From Diadema antillarum (lineage: Eukaryota), in contig NW_027270902.1 in assembly GCF_040938485.1 (NCBI RefSeq), positions 1,364,001-1,428,000 of the forward strand: a DNA stretch of 64,000 nt. Direction: 5' to 3'. This document shows positions 26,005 to 38,530 of the stretch, piece by piece. The position numbers and the translations under genes are program-made. The notes under the pieces are model-generated. The model saw only the letters and a list, made by a program, of their open reading frames with translations. It had not been told where the DNA came from and did not search any database. Position 1 is the stretch's first letter, and each line of letters opens with the position of its first letter.

Positions 26005-29000
26005 TGGCCCAGTTCTAGCAGGGCTCCCTCTGAATGTAGAGTGCAAAGAATGTGATCGTGGAGTTAGACTGGGGCTAGCTATTGCACCTTGATTCGGCAT
26101 TGATTTCTGTCTTGTGAACGTGGTTTACATGCACATTTTATATTTATTATACTGTACTTTAATGGATGTTTCTGTAGTGTGGCAAAGGCATTGTAATAAT
26201 CACAATGTAGACTGTATAATGTTACAATCTTGCCCCCAACTAGGCATCAAATGCAACTGAACAAACTTGTAACTTATCAAAGTCATTACTGTGTGTGAAT
26301 TTTGTCCTAGAACTCCCTGTATTGATCATAGTGGCTTATATCTTTGTTGTGTTGTTTTCCTTCTTAGATACAAAGTGTAATAGAAAGTTGTAATGGTTTT
26401 TGTGTCAAAAGGGGTACTAACTGCTTTTTGACAGTCAGAATAATTACAGAATGTCTCATCTGAAAGGCTTGAAATTTTTAACCCTGAGATTAGCGCATTC
26501 AGAATATCCGTTACAATCTAAGCCATTTATGTTGTTGATGTAGTGAATATGTAAAGGTTACAGTTTTCCATGGCAGCCATTTTCATAACATTACTTCCAG
26601 AACAGCACAGGTTGCACCTGCATTGTCTCCCATTTTATTGCTTTCCTAACCCTCATCAGGCTCGGCTTTTTGGCTAGATGCTAAAACCGGAGGGGGGTGA
26701 ATTCCGCACACCCACCCCCCAACATTGGTGGCTTGTACATCATAAAAACTTCCAAAAGTCATTTCAATTCTTATGTACACCATTATTGTGTTCAGAATTT
26801 CTTACGTAATGTACTTCCTTGCTTTTCAACTTTTTTTTTTTTTTTTAATTGGATATTGTCACTGACCACTTTTCTACTATAATTAGCCTAAAATCATTCA
26901 ATCAAAGTGATCAATCGTAAAAATAATCAAGTTTTCTTTAGTTTCATGACAGAGCACGGTTTTCCATAGGAAGTGTACACAAAAACACAAAATTATGACC
27001 ATTTTGAGGTGATGCGCTGTTATAAAACCGGGCGTGGCTTTGTTAAAAAGTACGCATGGACATCGCAAATTTGGTCTCAAAAGTTGCGCAAGACATGAAC
27101 GAGAAAAGTCTTAAAGATAGCACCATATGTTCAATCATTTTGTATTATTTGGCACATGGGTATGTTAATGTGAAGATGTTCTGTCTATGGGCAAACATAA
27201 GCAAATACTCCACTTTCACACAGTTATGTTAACATTCAGTGTATGTATGAATAGTATTTACATAATTTGTATTACATGGAGAGACCAATTTAACTCACCA
27301 ATGAACCTTTTACTGTTGATATCTGTCTCTCTAGGTAAGACACAAATTCCATTGATACTTGTAATCCATTGTCACTGTCTTGGGCAAGCCTCAGAAACTC
27401 AAGCTTTCTCATTTCTTTTTTTGTTTTGTTTTGTCATTTGACCTTCTTTAAACTACAATGTATGTGTTTATAAGTTATGAGTACTTCAGAGAAAAAAAAA
27501 GAAGAGTGTATGAAGCAGTTTATATGAGCAATGCAAATCATAAATACACTAACCATTACGACACAAGTGTTTGTATAGGATTTGCATCTGTAGTGATTTT
27601 TCTTATTTGTCTGTGATATGATACACAGATTGCTGCGAGGAACAAGAAAAGGATTATGTTTTACAAAGCTAGCATCTATGAAATGATGTGGCAGATGTGT
27701 GATATATTTAGTTTTGTCAAAATATGTTTGATGTATAGACACAGTTGAATAAGATATATGGTAAAAAGTTCATCATGTTCAAGAAGTAATTTGTACAGTG
27801 ATGCATGGCTGAAATCTTCACCAGCGAATACATTGGTTAAGCTTACAACCTGTACAAGTCATTCAGGGATGTATTTAAAGTGTGACTGGTCTGTTCACGT
27901 AGCTGCGTGTACCTAATGCATGTAATGTCTGTAGGTTGGAGGAGCTCATCAGGCAATGTTTAATGTTTGAAAATACTGTGAGAAACGTGTCGTACACTGA
28001 AAGTATTTGCTGAAATGGCAGAGGAATATCAGAACAGTTTGAAATTGATGCCACAAGAAAACAATGTCATCTCAATGTTTATTATGTTACACAGTATGCT
28101 ATCTTTAATATAGATATAAGTGGTCAAAATTATATGATTTGGTACATGATGTGTGTCTCATTACACTTTGATTGTATCTCTTGTTTGCATGATAATGTAG
28201 TGGAAAAGGAGACACGAGACCTGAACAAATCACCCGTTATCAGATTTGAATTTTACCTGCTTTTAGTCTTTGTTGCAGATATGTGTCATACCCATAGCTA
28301 TCAAGACAAACAGGATGAATGTCGAGTCTGTATTCTTCATGGACCCGATGACATGATGGGTCGTAAAATGAAAGTTATGTACTTGCAGATGTACAGTTTA
28401 GGTTTGTGTGTGTGATGTTTCCCAGTGGTACAGATATGAGTGTGGTGAGCTTTTAAACAAGAGAATATTAGTGGCTTCAAATGGTGTCTTTACGATTGTG
28501 AGTTTGTTTATGTACATTTAGGCGATATTCAGACATACATAGGTCTTGATCATAAATGGTAATTGTGGGAAATTTCCTATTTTGCACAGTGCAAACACAA
28601 ATACAGCATATGAAGGTATATCAATGAATGAGCAATACAGAAAACTTGACTGTTGTATTTCCTACAGGCAATTTCTTCCCTGAATTCTTCGATAGCATTG
28701 TATGATATAGTACATGTATGACAAAATATCAGTGCCAATAAGCTGCTGCAGTACCTTGTATGTATGTTTAAATTTGCGTATGAAAGATCCTTCAAATTAT
28801 GATCAATTGTAGAATAACTAGATAACAATTAAAAAACAAGTTTCTCACACTCCAGTCTCACCAATATATGTAATAACCACCATCATTGAAAAGATGGTTA
28901 TGATGTGATTAATATGATTTATGAAGAGGGAGTGATCTGTTGATAAATTGTACAAGTGTATTTGGAAGTAAATCGAACAAAGTTTGATACATGTAGTGGA

Positions 29001-29351
29001 ATAACCGTGCACATATCCGTATAAGCCTTCCACATGTTTGGTATTCAGCAGAAATTCTCTACATTTATTATGGACAGCATTATCATGGTTCAGTACATTA
29101 CTAGTACAACATGTAATGGATAAATTGTGATGTTAAAGTACACTTCTGTATTGTTTTAAACATGTTCTATATCTTCCAGTGAAATTAACTAGTATTTCTT
29201 TATTGTTAAGTTATATCAAGATTGCAGGCTTTTTTCTTAGTTGTCTTGTTTTACTGAAGTTTTGAAGCTGTTATTATAAAGTGACAGTTGTTTCTTACAC
29301 TTGGAAGATTTAGCAAAAAGCTGCTCATGAACATAAGGTAGGATGATACAA

Positions 29352-29441
29352 AGAGTATGTCTACATAGAGTATGTCTCCATAGAGTATGTCTCCATAGAG
29401 TATGTCTCCATAGAGTATGTCTCCATAGAGTATGTCTCCAT
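29352..29441. repeat. 15-bp minisatellite AGAGTATGTCTCCAT x6
   Basis: Six tandem units, the first with one substitution. Confidence 0.95.
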
Positions 29442-31073
29442 AGATTCTTGTCATGGTGAATGTGTCACTGAAGATTCTTATCTTGAGAATAGTGCGTTCA
29501 AATATAACGTAATAACAGTACCAACTATGGGTAAATGGAACATACTGGTACATGTATTTTAATGATAAAACAAGGAAATATAGATTTGTTAGGATTCATG
29601 CACTCTTCAAGTTATAAGTTCTTCTCCATTGTCTTGAAAAAAAAAATAGATTGTGTGTGATTTAAGCTAAACTTATAATTTCATTAACAGGGTGTCTGTT
29701 GGTCCATTCCAAGGCATTTTCTAAGAGCTGTATGACATTTTCTATTTCTCCATGACTAGAGAAATAGTTTGTATGTGAAGAAGCCTTCCTATGATTTGTG
29801 CTTGTCAAGAGGCATGTTTTGCAAGGAGAGTACTAGCATGTGATGCACACTTGAATGTTTGTGCCTTTGTAGTATTTGTTATTTTTTAAATCAATTTATA
29901 ATTTGTCATCCTCGATGTTGTAAGATGTGAATGATGAGGTAACATTGTAGGTGCTTATAATTCATCAGTTATTAGTAAATAGAAAAGTGCTAACCAGGGG
30001 TGCTGCTTTTGCCTTTTAGCAAAAATCACATCTATACATGTATCTACACTGTAGTATAAGTGTACATTGTGTGTATGACCCATCAACATTTACTGTTGCA
30101 GATGAGCTGATTCCCATGACACACATTTCCTACAGACAACTGTTAGAGAATACTCAGAACTTGCTTTATTAAATGGGTTAATTCAGATTACAAGTCAAGA
30201 CATTAGACTCAAAAAGATACGGGGAGATGATTTGCTAACATTTTTACAGTAATTACTACAAAATTTAAATTTCGTTATCACATTCAGGCCAAATGTCAGA
30301 TTCAAAGGATTATATTAAAGCTTTTTGTTATCCATGAAGCATGTATTCAGTAACAGTGGTGTTTAGAATTACATGTACATATTGTAGGGCCTACCCATTG
30401 TCTTTATAGGCTGTATTGTCTACATGCTTGGCTGCATCTGTAGATTTCCTCTAAACTATTTTCTGAGTGCTCGCTATGTTACTGTTGTGTGGGTCAAATT
30501 AGACTAAGTAGGCACATTAGAAATGATGGCCATATTCTGAACCCAGCAAGGGAGTACCCTGGATCTGCCATGAACAAACTTGCAGTTCATGAGGATGATG
30601 GTAGAGCCCAATTTTCAAATACCCACTGTATTGATTTTATCGTTTTATTTTGTGTATTCTGGATACACAAAAGTAAGAAAAAAAGGAGTAAAAAAACAGT
30701 TAAGTAGAGAAACCGAAATAAGCAGCTTACTACTGCTGTAATGGTACAGCAGTTTCCATCTGAAAAAAAAGCAGTGTTTTCTAGAACTCCTTGAATAACC
30801 AATGTTTTCATGACTTTGTAGAAAATATGGTCAAGTTTTTATAGCTTAATACATTATTATCAGTTCAAATAGGAAGAAATCTGTATATTTTGGATGAATT
30901 TGAATTGCTGTTTCTATTGTAATCATTGTACTGTAGAATATTTTGATTATTTGATATTGGACCCTTAGTAACATGTAGCCATTGTTTTCAGCTTCCTGGA
31001 GTTCGCTGTGTCCTTGTGTTGCAAGTAATGAAAAATCACTACAAGTAGGAAAGAAAATCATGTTAGACTGAAA

Positions 31074-33841
31074 TACAGTCAACCTCGCGTAAGTCGACAT
31101 AATCGGGACTGAGCAAAACACGTCGACTTACGCGAATGTCGACTTACGCGTAAGTCGACATTTTGTCGACTTATAAATGAAAACTAATTTCCCCTGTACA
31201 GAGTAAGATTTGGATCACGATGCGGATCGCTACCCAAATCTTACTCCTTTTGCCGCCAAAACATGCCTACTGACATCAGCAACAATAATGTTTTAGTTCA
31301 TGCATAAATCTCGCGCGGGTTAGTAACGACAACGCACAATTCCCAAATCTCTAGAGAGATTTTGAGAGAGCGGGATCGGAAACCTAGGCCCGTTTCTAGA
31401 CACTTTACGTCTTAAACTTGATTTGAAATATCAAACGCAAATTCCCCAAAATTGCATTAAACTTTGCGATTTAAATTCAAGTGCGTTGCTGCGAAGATGT
31501 GCGTGTGGTTTCGCATGATTCTGTCGAGATAAGTTTTCAGTGCCGACTGAGTTGAAATATGTGTCGCCATATTTGTTCTGTTTAAATTTGTATTGCCATA
31601 CTCTGAAAATGAATTGTTCTCGCGCTCCTATTCGCAACATTACAGCTCTGTACGGCGCGGGCCCGTCTGAAATAAAAAGAAGAAGAAAAGTTTGTTTGAA
31701 AACGACATCTTTCAGACTACTATAACCTTCGTAAAAACAAACCTCTTTCCATTGTCGGACTAATTTAATTAACTTTGGACTGAGATTTAAACCTAAATAT
31801 TCGGCATAACGAACTTTAACAATAATTCGTTGTCATTTTTTCATTGACATTTTGTGAAGCAGCATGCGTTTCGGCAGTTTGAAACGTGTGAATGTTGCGA
31901 TGTCTTTCCCCTGCAAGTGCAGACTAAGTTCGGTCACGGCGAAAGTTCCGTTACGAAATAAAAAATAATGCTAGACTTTTCTACCATAACGCACTTCCGT
32001 AAATTTTTATGCGTGTAAACGCAGTTTCTGGTTTCGGACAAAACCTGCAAGTCTTTTCTGCAACGCTCTTGCTTTTTAAATACAGCGTTGCTTGTGATTT
32101 GACGGACTTGCATTTGATTTTTAGAGTTGCGTTTAAACGCAAATGAGTTTAAATTTCATACAATTTTCTAGTTTCGTATGATTATCAAACGCAAGTCTTT
32201 TCAGCGTTCCGTGTGATTTGATGGACTTGCATTTGATTTTCAGATTTGCGTTTAATTTTTAATTTTGCTTACGAAATGAAAAATAATGCAAGTCTTTTAA
32301 ACAATAACACACTTCCGCAGATGTTTAGAGATGCGTTTAAACGCAATTTCTTATAGTTTCGTACAAAAACCGCAAGTCTTTTCTGCAACGCTCTTGCGTT
32401 TGAATACATGGTTATGTGTGATTTGATGGACTTGCATTTGATTTTTAGAGTTGCGTTTAAACGCAATTGAGTTTAAAAAAGTTCCCTACAATTTTCTAGT
32501 TTCGTATGATTATCAAACGCAAGTCTTTTCAGCGTTCCGTGTGATTTGATGGACTTGCATTTGATTTCTTATTTTGCTTACGAAATAAAAAAATAATGCA
32601 AGTCTTTTAAACAATAACACAACTCCGTAGATGTTTAGAGATGCGTTTAAACGCAGTTTCTTGTAGTTCCGTACAAAAACCGCAAGTCTTCTCTGCACCG
32701 CTCTTGCGTTTAAATACAGCGTTACGTGGATTTGATGGACTTGCATTTGTTTTTTAGAGTTGCGTTTAAACGCAATTGAGTTAAAAAAAGTTCCCTACAA
32801 TCTTCTAGTTTCGTATGATTATCAAACGCACGTCTTTCAGCTTTCCGTGTGATTTGATGGACTTGCATTGGATTTTCAGAGTTGCGTTTAATTTCTAATT
32901 TTGCTTACGAAATAAAAAAGTAATGCAAGTCTTTTCAACAATAACGCACTTCCGTAGATGTATAGAGATGTTTTTAAACGCAGTTTCTACTTTCGTACAA
33001 AACCGCAAGTCTTCTCTGCAACGCTCTTGCGTTTAAATACATCGTTGCGTGTGATTTGATGGACTTGCATTTGATTTTTAGAGTTGCGCTTAAACGCAAT
33101 TGAGTTTCAGGTTCGTACAATTATTTTCTAGTTTCATATGATTATCAGACGCAAGTCTTTTTAGCAACGCACTTGCGTTTAAATGCAAAAGTTGCGTGTG
33201 ATTTGATACACCTGTATTTGATTTTTTTTTAGTTGCATTATTAGTTGCATTGTAATAAATTTTCTAGAAAGGGCCTAGGTTTTAATACCGCTTCGGAATA
33301 ATTAACGTCAGAATATTCGGATTTACAAAAACATTTCATGTTCGGATAATGAATACCTACTGGGTCATAGTTAAGTGTACAGAATTTTTGCGTTTTGAGA
33401 AAAACGAGAGGGAGAAAAGGGGTAAAGTGAACTGCCTTGGGTATTACATGTAATACTCCAGTGTAAATGAGTGTATGCCCTTTCTATTCTGGGATACAAG
33501 ACAACGGACGCATGGCGCGAACGCTATCCCGCGCCGTACACTAGCGAATAACCGAATAGAAATGCAGCGAATCGGAGCGGGAAAACAATTCTTTTTCAGA
33601 GAATGGCGATAAGACTTTGAGCGAAAAATTATGTCGACTTAGACGAGGGAATTAACACGTATTTCCGCTCAGTTGGCACTGAAAAATCAGGTCGACTTAC
33701 GCGAGTTGTCGACTTATAAATGTCGACTAAGACGAGGAAATTTTCAAGGAATAACAAAGGCAAAAATCGGGACTTTTTTATTGTGTCGACTTAAGCGAGT
33801 TGTCGACTTATGCGATGTCGACTTAGGCGAGGTCTACTGTA
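31074..33841. mobile_element. 2.77-kb non-autonomous pogo/Tigger-like element with subterminal GTCGAC repeats and an internal satellite
   Basis: TA-flanked TIR cagtcaacctcgcgtaagtcgacat / atgtcgacttaggcgaggtctactg. Clusters of gtcgactta at both ends. No transposase ORF. Confidence 0.85.
31951..33240. repeat. Higher-order tandem repeat: four ~310-330-bp units, each built from shorter subrepeats
   Basis: Unit starts ttacgaaat.aaaaa.taatgc at 31951, 32269, 32578 and 32905. The subrepeats gtgatttgatggacttgcatttgatttt..agagttgcgtttaa and aaacgcaagtctt recur two to three times per unit. Confidence 0.9.
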
Positions 33842-34095
33842 AGTCCAAAGTGTTTGTGAAAGCAATGTAAGTTCCTCCATGTAATTTCTTGTCACATGAT
33901 CAGTAATTATGCAGTCCACTGAACAAAATAAATTAGAAGGTAAATGTGTAAAATGATGTATCAAATGCTTGCGTCAACTGTTCTCTTTATTAAGATATAT
34001 GAGTGACAATTCGAGACTGGGTGACATGTGGTAAACAGGTACAATGTATGTGGGTAGTCAATCCCTTGACAGAAAGCCAAAATGCACTTACACAG

Positions 34096-34291
34096 TACAG
34101 TGCACCCCCATTATATAACGAAGTCCTCGGGACCAGCAGTTTTCTTTTGTTATATCGAAATTTTGTTATAACCAAACAAATAAACAATAAAAAAACATAG
34201 AGCCAATAATTTTGCAACCTAGATTTTTATTTCCTTGTATTAAACCAGAATTTTGTTAAAACTGCGCTTGTTATAATGGGAGTGCGCTGTA
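34096..34291 (+). mobile_element. pogo/Tigger-like MITE, copy 2
   Basis: tacagtgcacccc ... gggagtgcgctgta. Shares gaagtcctcgggac..gcagtt and gttatatcgaaattttgtta with copy 1. Confidence 0.75.
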
Positions 34292-36401
34292 CAAAATTTG
34301 ATGTCCTTTATGTCAGGACTGATGACATTCAGAAAGTACATGTAGAAGAAAATCTTCAGAATTGATGAGATAGGGAAAGAAAAATAGACTGAGGCTACAA
34401 TTAAATGAACACACAGTGTCTTCCTCCTTGAAGAAAAACAATGCTGTGAGTGCCAAGAGAATAGGGGGAAGAAAATACAGCTGTAAATGCAAATTTTATA
34501 ACTTTCTCTCTGCACATATATTTTGAACTCTTTCGGTATAACATTCGCAAAGACATTAATTCCCTATACAGTGTACATTGTACAGTGTTACCATGGTAAT
34601 CTGACATCATCTACTTAAATAGGTAGTGAAGCTCATCAGATGGTCTTCATGGATACAAACTCATGGGCAACATAGTCACAAAGTATTTCACTTTTAGAGG
34701 AGACTCAAACCAGTCATAAAAATCAATATTTCATACAACTAGGTATGGTTGATTCGGGTGAACTGCAAAGACACTGTAGTGGGTTAAAGCCGGCTCACTT
34801 TTGCAAGATTTTTCTAGAATATGCATTAAACATGGTTTGCAAATTGATGAGTATACAGAGGTCATGTAAGGGCATATGGCTGTAAGTTTTGCAATCAAAT
34901 GTACATGTACATTGTATCATCACACTTTTTGTACAGTATTCTGCACAAAAAGTGAGCTTTCTTACCAGTACTCCTAAATCAGCATCACCTATACAGGCAG
35001 GATTTTAATCACTTCAGATCATAAACAAACTGTGGCAATTCTATGTTTGAACCAGATTGCCTTTCTCAGATATAGTGTGCAAGAAATATAAGTGGAATTC
35101 ACTGTTAACATGGGCATGCATATTTTGGAGTGTAGCAGGTACATTAAGCACCTGCTACAAATTGTACCTGTATTCCTCTGTAAGCTGCAGGTTAAAAAGT
35201 GTATAAAGGCTGAGTAGGTATACAACCTACAGGGACAATAGTAGTCTTTGGCATAACACACTTGCCTGCCCACTTTACTTTTCTCTTTGAGAACATAATT
35301 ATCACTCAATAATTATAAAATCACTCTTGACAAGTGTTACTCTTCCCTCTCCATATTTTATTTTTTGTCAATGTATAATCATATTCACATAATCATTGCA
35401 GCAAAAAGAAAAAGCAAACTTGTTTCTTTAAAACTGTGTCAAGATGATGCAATTATTCATCACAGTCACTTTTATTTGCTGCTTTTTTGTACATCAAAGA
35501 AATGACATTATAGGCAAAGGTGATGGGATAATACTTCATCCACTGGAACAGGCCATTGACACTAGATAAGCTTTTCCAATTTTACGAGAGGGAATAGAGT
35601 ATCAAAATCAATCATATGTATGTAGATGGCTTGTGAAATAAAACAGCGATTCACACACAACACCAAGTGTCTGGGACACTCGCCACTATGGTCATTACAA
35701 CGCTGACATAAATTTTTAAAAAAAAGAAAATCCTTCGAAGATATTGTCACAAAAAAATACATACATGTGCACAAATGGAGCTTTACGACATGCACAATGG
35801 CTATGATTAAAGTAAATACACAGATTTGCTGTCATTTTATCTCTTCTTTTTTTTTATATTTTGCACTTGAGAATGAGTGTGCGCATTGACAGGCAGTTCA
35901 GCTGACCCATCTTGATATCCAACCACTCACAACAGTTTACAAGAGTTCTCTGTCTGTCAATGCTATGTAAAGGTAAACTAAACTTCAATGCCAAAATGGA
36001 GGCAAAGCTTGATAAATAATATCCTATATGATATATTAATATGAGATATTTGCAAGCTCACAAAAAAGGGGTATATTATGACAGAGAGAAAAAAAGGTGA
36101 ATAAATAAGAAACATCTGGGCAAGATCTCTTTCCAAACAATCTTTAAAGATTCAGACAGAACAAATCTTGAACACCATCACCTGATTTCTCAAAGAGCAA
36201 ACTGGGTTGGAGTGACTGTGCAGCACAGTGTTGGTATGTAGATGAATACACTGTAGTTCTGGATATGAATATTTCATTGGCAAAGGCACACATGCATACA
36301 CTTGATCATTTTTCATGATCACACTACCATTTATGGAACTGAATTGGAGAAAAAGGCTGAACTTACTTATCATATTATCTGTTTAATTGTTTTAGCATAT
36401 T

Positions 36402-36407
36402 TTATTT
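36402..36407 (-). terminator. Probable polyadenylation signal (AATAAA) of TSFM
   Basis: tttatt on the + strand, about 85 nt past the TSFM stop codon. Confidence 0.45.
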
Positions 36408-36489
36408 TCAAATACTGATACATGTACTATAGGGCTCCAACAATTGGAAAGGATTAGCTTTATATGTCAGGTATTTAGAGTTCTTTTAA

Positions 36490-38470
36490 TCAGCTGTCAC
36501 CAGCAGATTCTCCACACTCATATCGCACAAAATCCAAGACTTGGATGTTTTCTTGCTGCAAGAGCTCTCCTACAGTGAGACTTGGATCCAACAGGTACTC
36601 CTGGCTTAGCATCTCATCGCTCTCTGTCTCCGCTGCCGGTGGTGGTGGGGTAGTCTCCTCTGAGGACTCTGATGGAGGTTGTGTTTGCTCCTCCTTGGTT
36701 TGGACTATTTATGATGATAGTAAAGACAGAGGAGGAGAAAGTCACATTAACCTGTTGAAGACGAGTCCCAAGAACACTCTGGCAGGTGTCTGTGGGAAAT
36801 GTGTGTTACAGCAAAATCATTCCATCCTTGGTTATTCAGACTGCAGCTGTAGAGTCATAGTAGGGACAGATTGGTTCTACTGAGAATGACTTAACCCTAA
36901 CTAGGCCGGGGGGGGGGGGCCTTCGAGGCCCCCCCCCCTCGACGTTCCGCGCGATGTATCGCAATCGCAAAAAGCTATCGCCGCGACGTTTCATGACTTT
37001 TTTCTTTCGAGTCTCCCGCATCTTTTGACACCAAATTCGCGCGGTTCCGAAGTTACGCATAAATATGTACATGCATGTCAGACAAAAAATTGCTCAAAAA
37101 CGTTAATTCGTGTACAATTTCAATGCAAACTGTGCTTTACTGGCAAATTTCATAAAAGCATGATTATTTTGGTGTTTTATTGATTAAAATCAATGAATAA
37201 CATATTTTCTTGTTCGGAGCGATGTCGCGGACAAATTTCATCGAAAAAACAATGAAAAACATAAAGTCGAAAAAAACAAAGAAATACATAAGAAATTCAA
37301 AAAAACAATAAAATACTTAAGAATTTTTTCTGATATCACAATTTTTTTAAATTACATTTGCTAAGGACACTAAAAAGAATATTTACACAAAAAATGTGCC
37401 TGTTTTGAGCTTTCTTTTGTGATTTATACCAAATAGTCTGATTTTATGCATTATCATGCATAAATTAGCATAATTTAGCATAAATGATGATTTTTTGAAA
37501 AATTAACTTCATGGTATTTAGATTACATCATAGGAAATGTGTGCGCCAATTTTCGTCGCGATCGGGCGGTCGACGGCCGAGATCTGGAGGGGGGGCCTGG
37601 GAGGCCCCCCCCCCCCCGGCTCTATCAACTACCTAAATAGCCCGGCCTAGTTAGGGTTAACTAAGGGCACATGATTAATGTTTGAAGATATAGTGGATGG
37701 TTGATACAGTGCATCATCACAGAGCGTTGACTTCTGCATTCACCAGTCACTTTTTAAGCAATCTTAGCTGCCCATCTAACTTGTAAGAAACAGTGCTCTC
37801 TCTTTTAAGTGTTGCATTCCAGAATATGCAATTCTTATTTTGTTCTCATATGTATTACAAACAGACCTCATTATTAATGGGCTATTCCTGATTCTTAAAT
37901 CTTTTTTTTTTGTCACTGAGCACTGTCTTACAACAGCAGTAGTCACCACACTTGACCCTATGATCAACAAGTCACACAGTGGAGATCAATATGATTGGTT
38001 CATCCTCTCTTTGGCATGTGGTTGTTTCAAAGTTCCATGATATGACAAGACTTCTTTTGCTTAATTGCAGAAACTTCTTTTCTTCATCAAATCTTTTGAC
38101 TCACCCTCAGGATCTGGTGGGGTGTACACCCCTATCCTAAGTGGATTCATTCCAACTACATGCTGTGATAGTCGTCTTCCAAGCACCTCAGGCCTAAAGT
38201 TTGCTGATGTGTCGCCCAGCTTGGTGAATACAACAAGGGCGCCATATTTCCCCATAGTGCATTTGCTAGACTTCTCCTGTTGAGGCTTTTGGAGGGCTGA
38301 ATGAACATAGGAACCTACAGGCACATAAAAACACAATACAATTGTAATTCATTACTAGCTAGGCATCATCACTGCTTGTCAAAATGTGCATTACAGATTT
38401 ACGACACTTCTCCATTGAAACTGCACTTTACATAAACACTATTCCAGAGAAAATTTTTCCAATTTCATTT

Positions 38471-38530
<60 letters not shown>

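Noticed and set aside
28279-28415. Third phase-1 acceptor with a 45-codon frame downstream of GUK1 (NMCHTHSYQDKQDECRVCILHGPDD...)
   Set aside because: No similarity to the guanylate kinase C-terminus (no strand-ND-helix pattern), and it lies beyond the stop-containing exon B.
32269-32746. Two similar minus-strand ORFs suggesting a tandem gene pair
   Set aside because: They are translations of adjacent satellite units inside the Tigger-like element.
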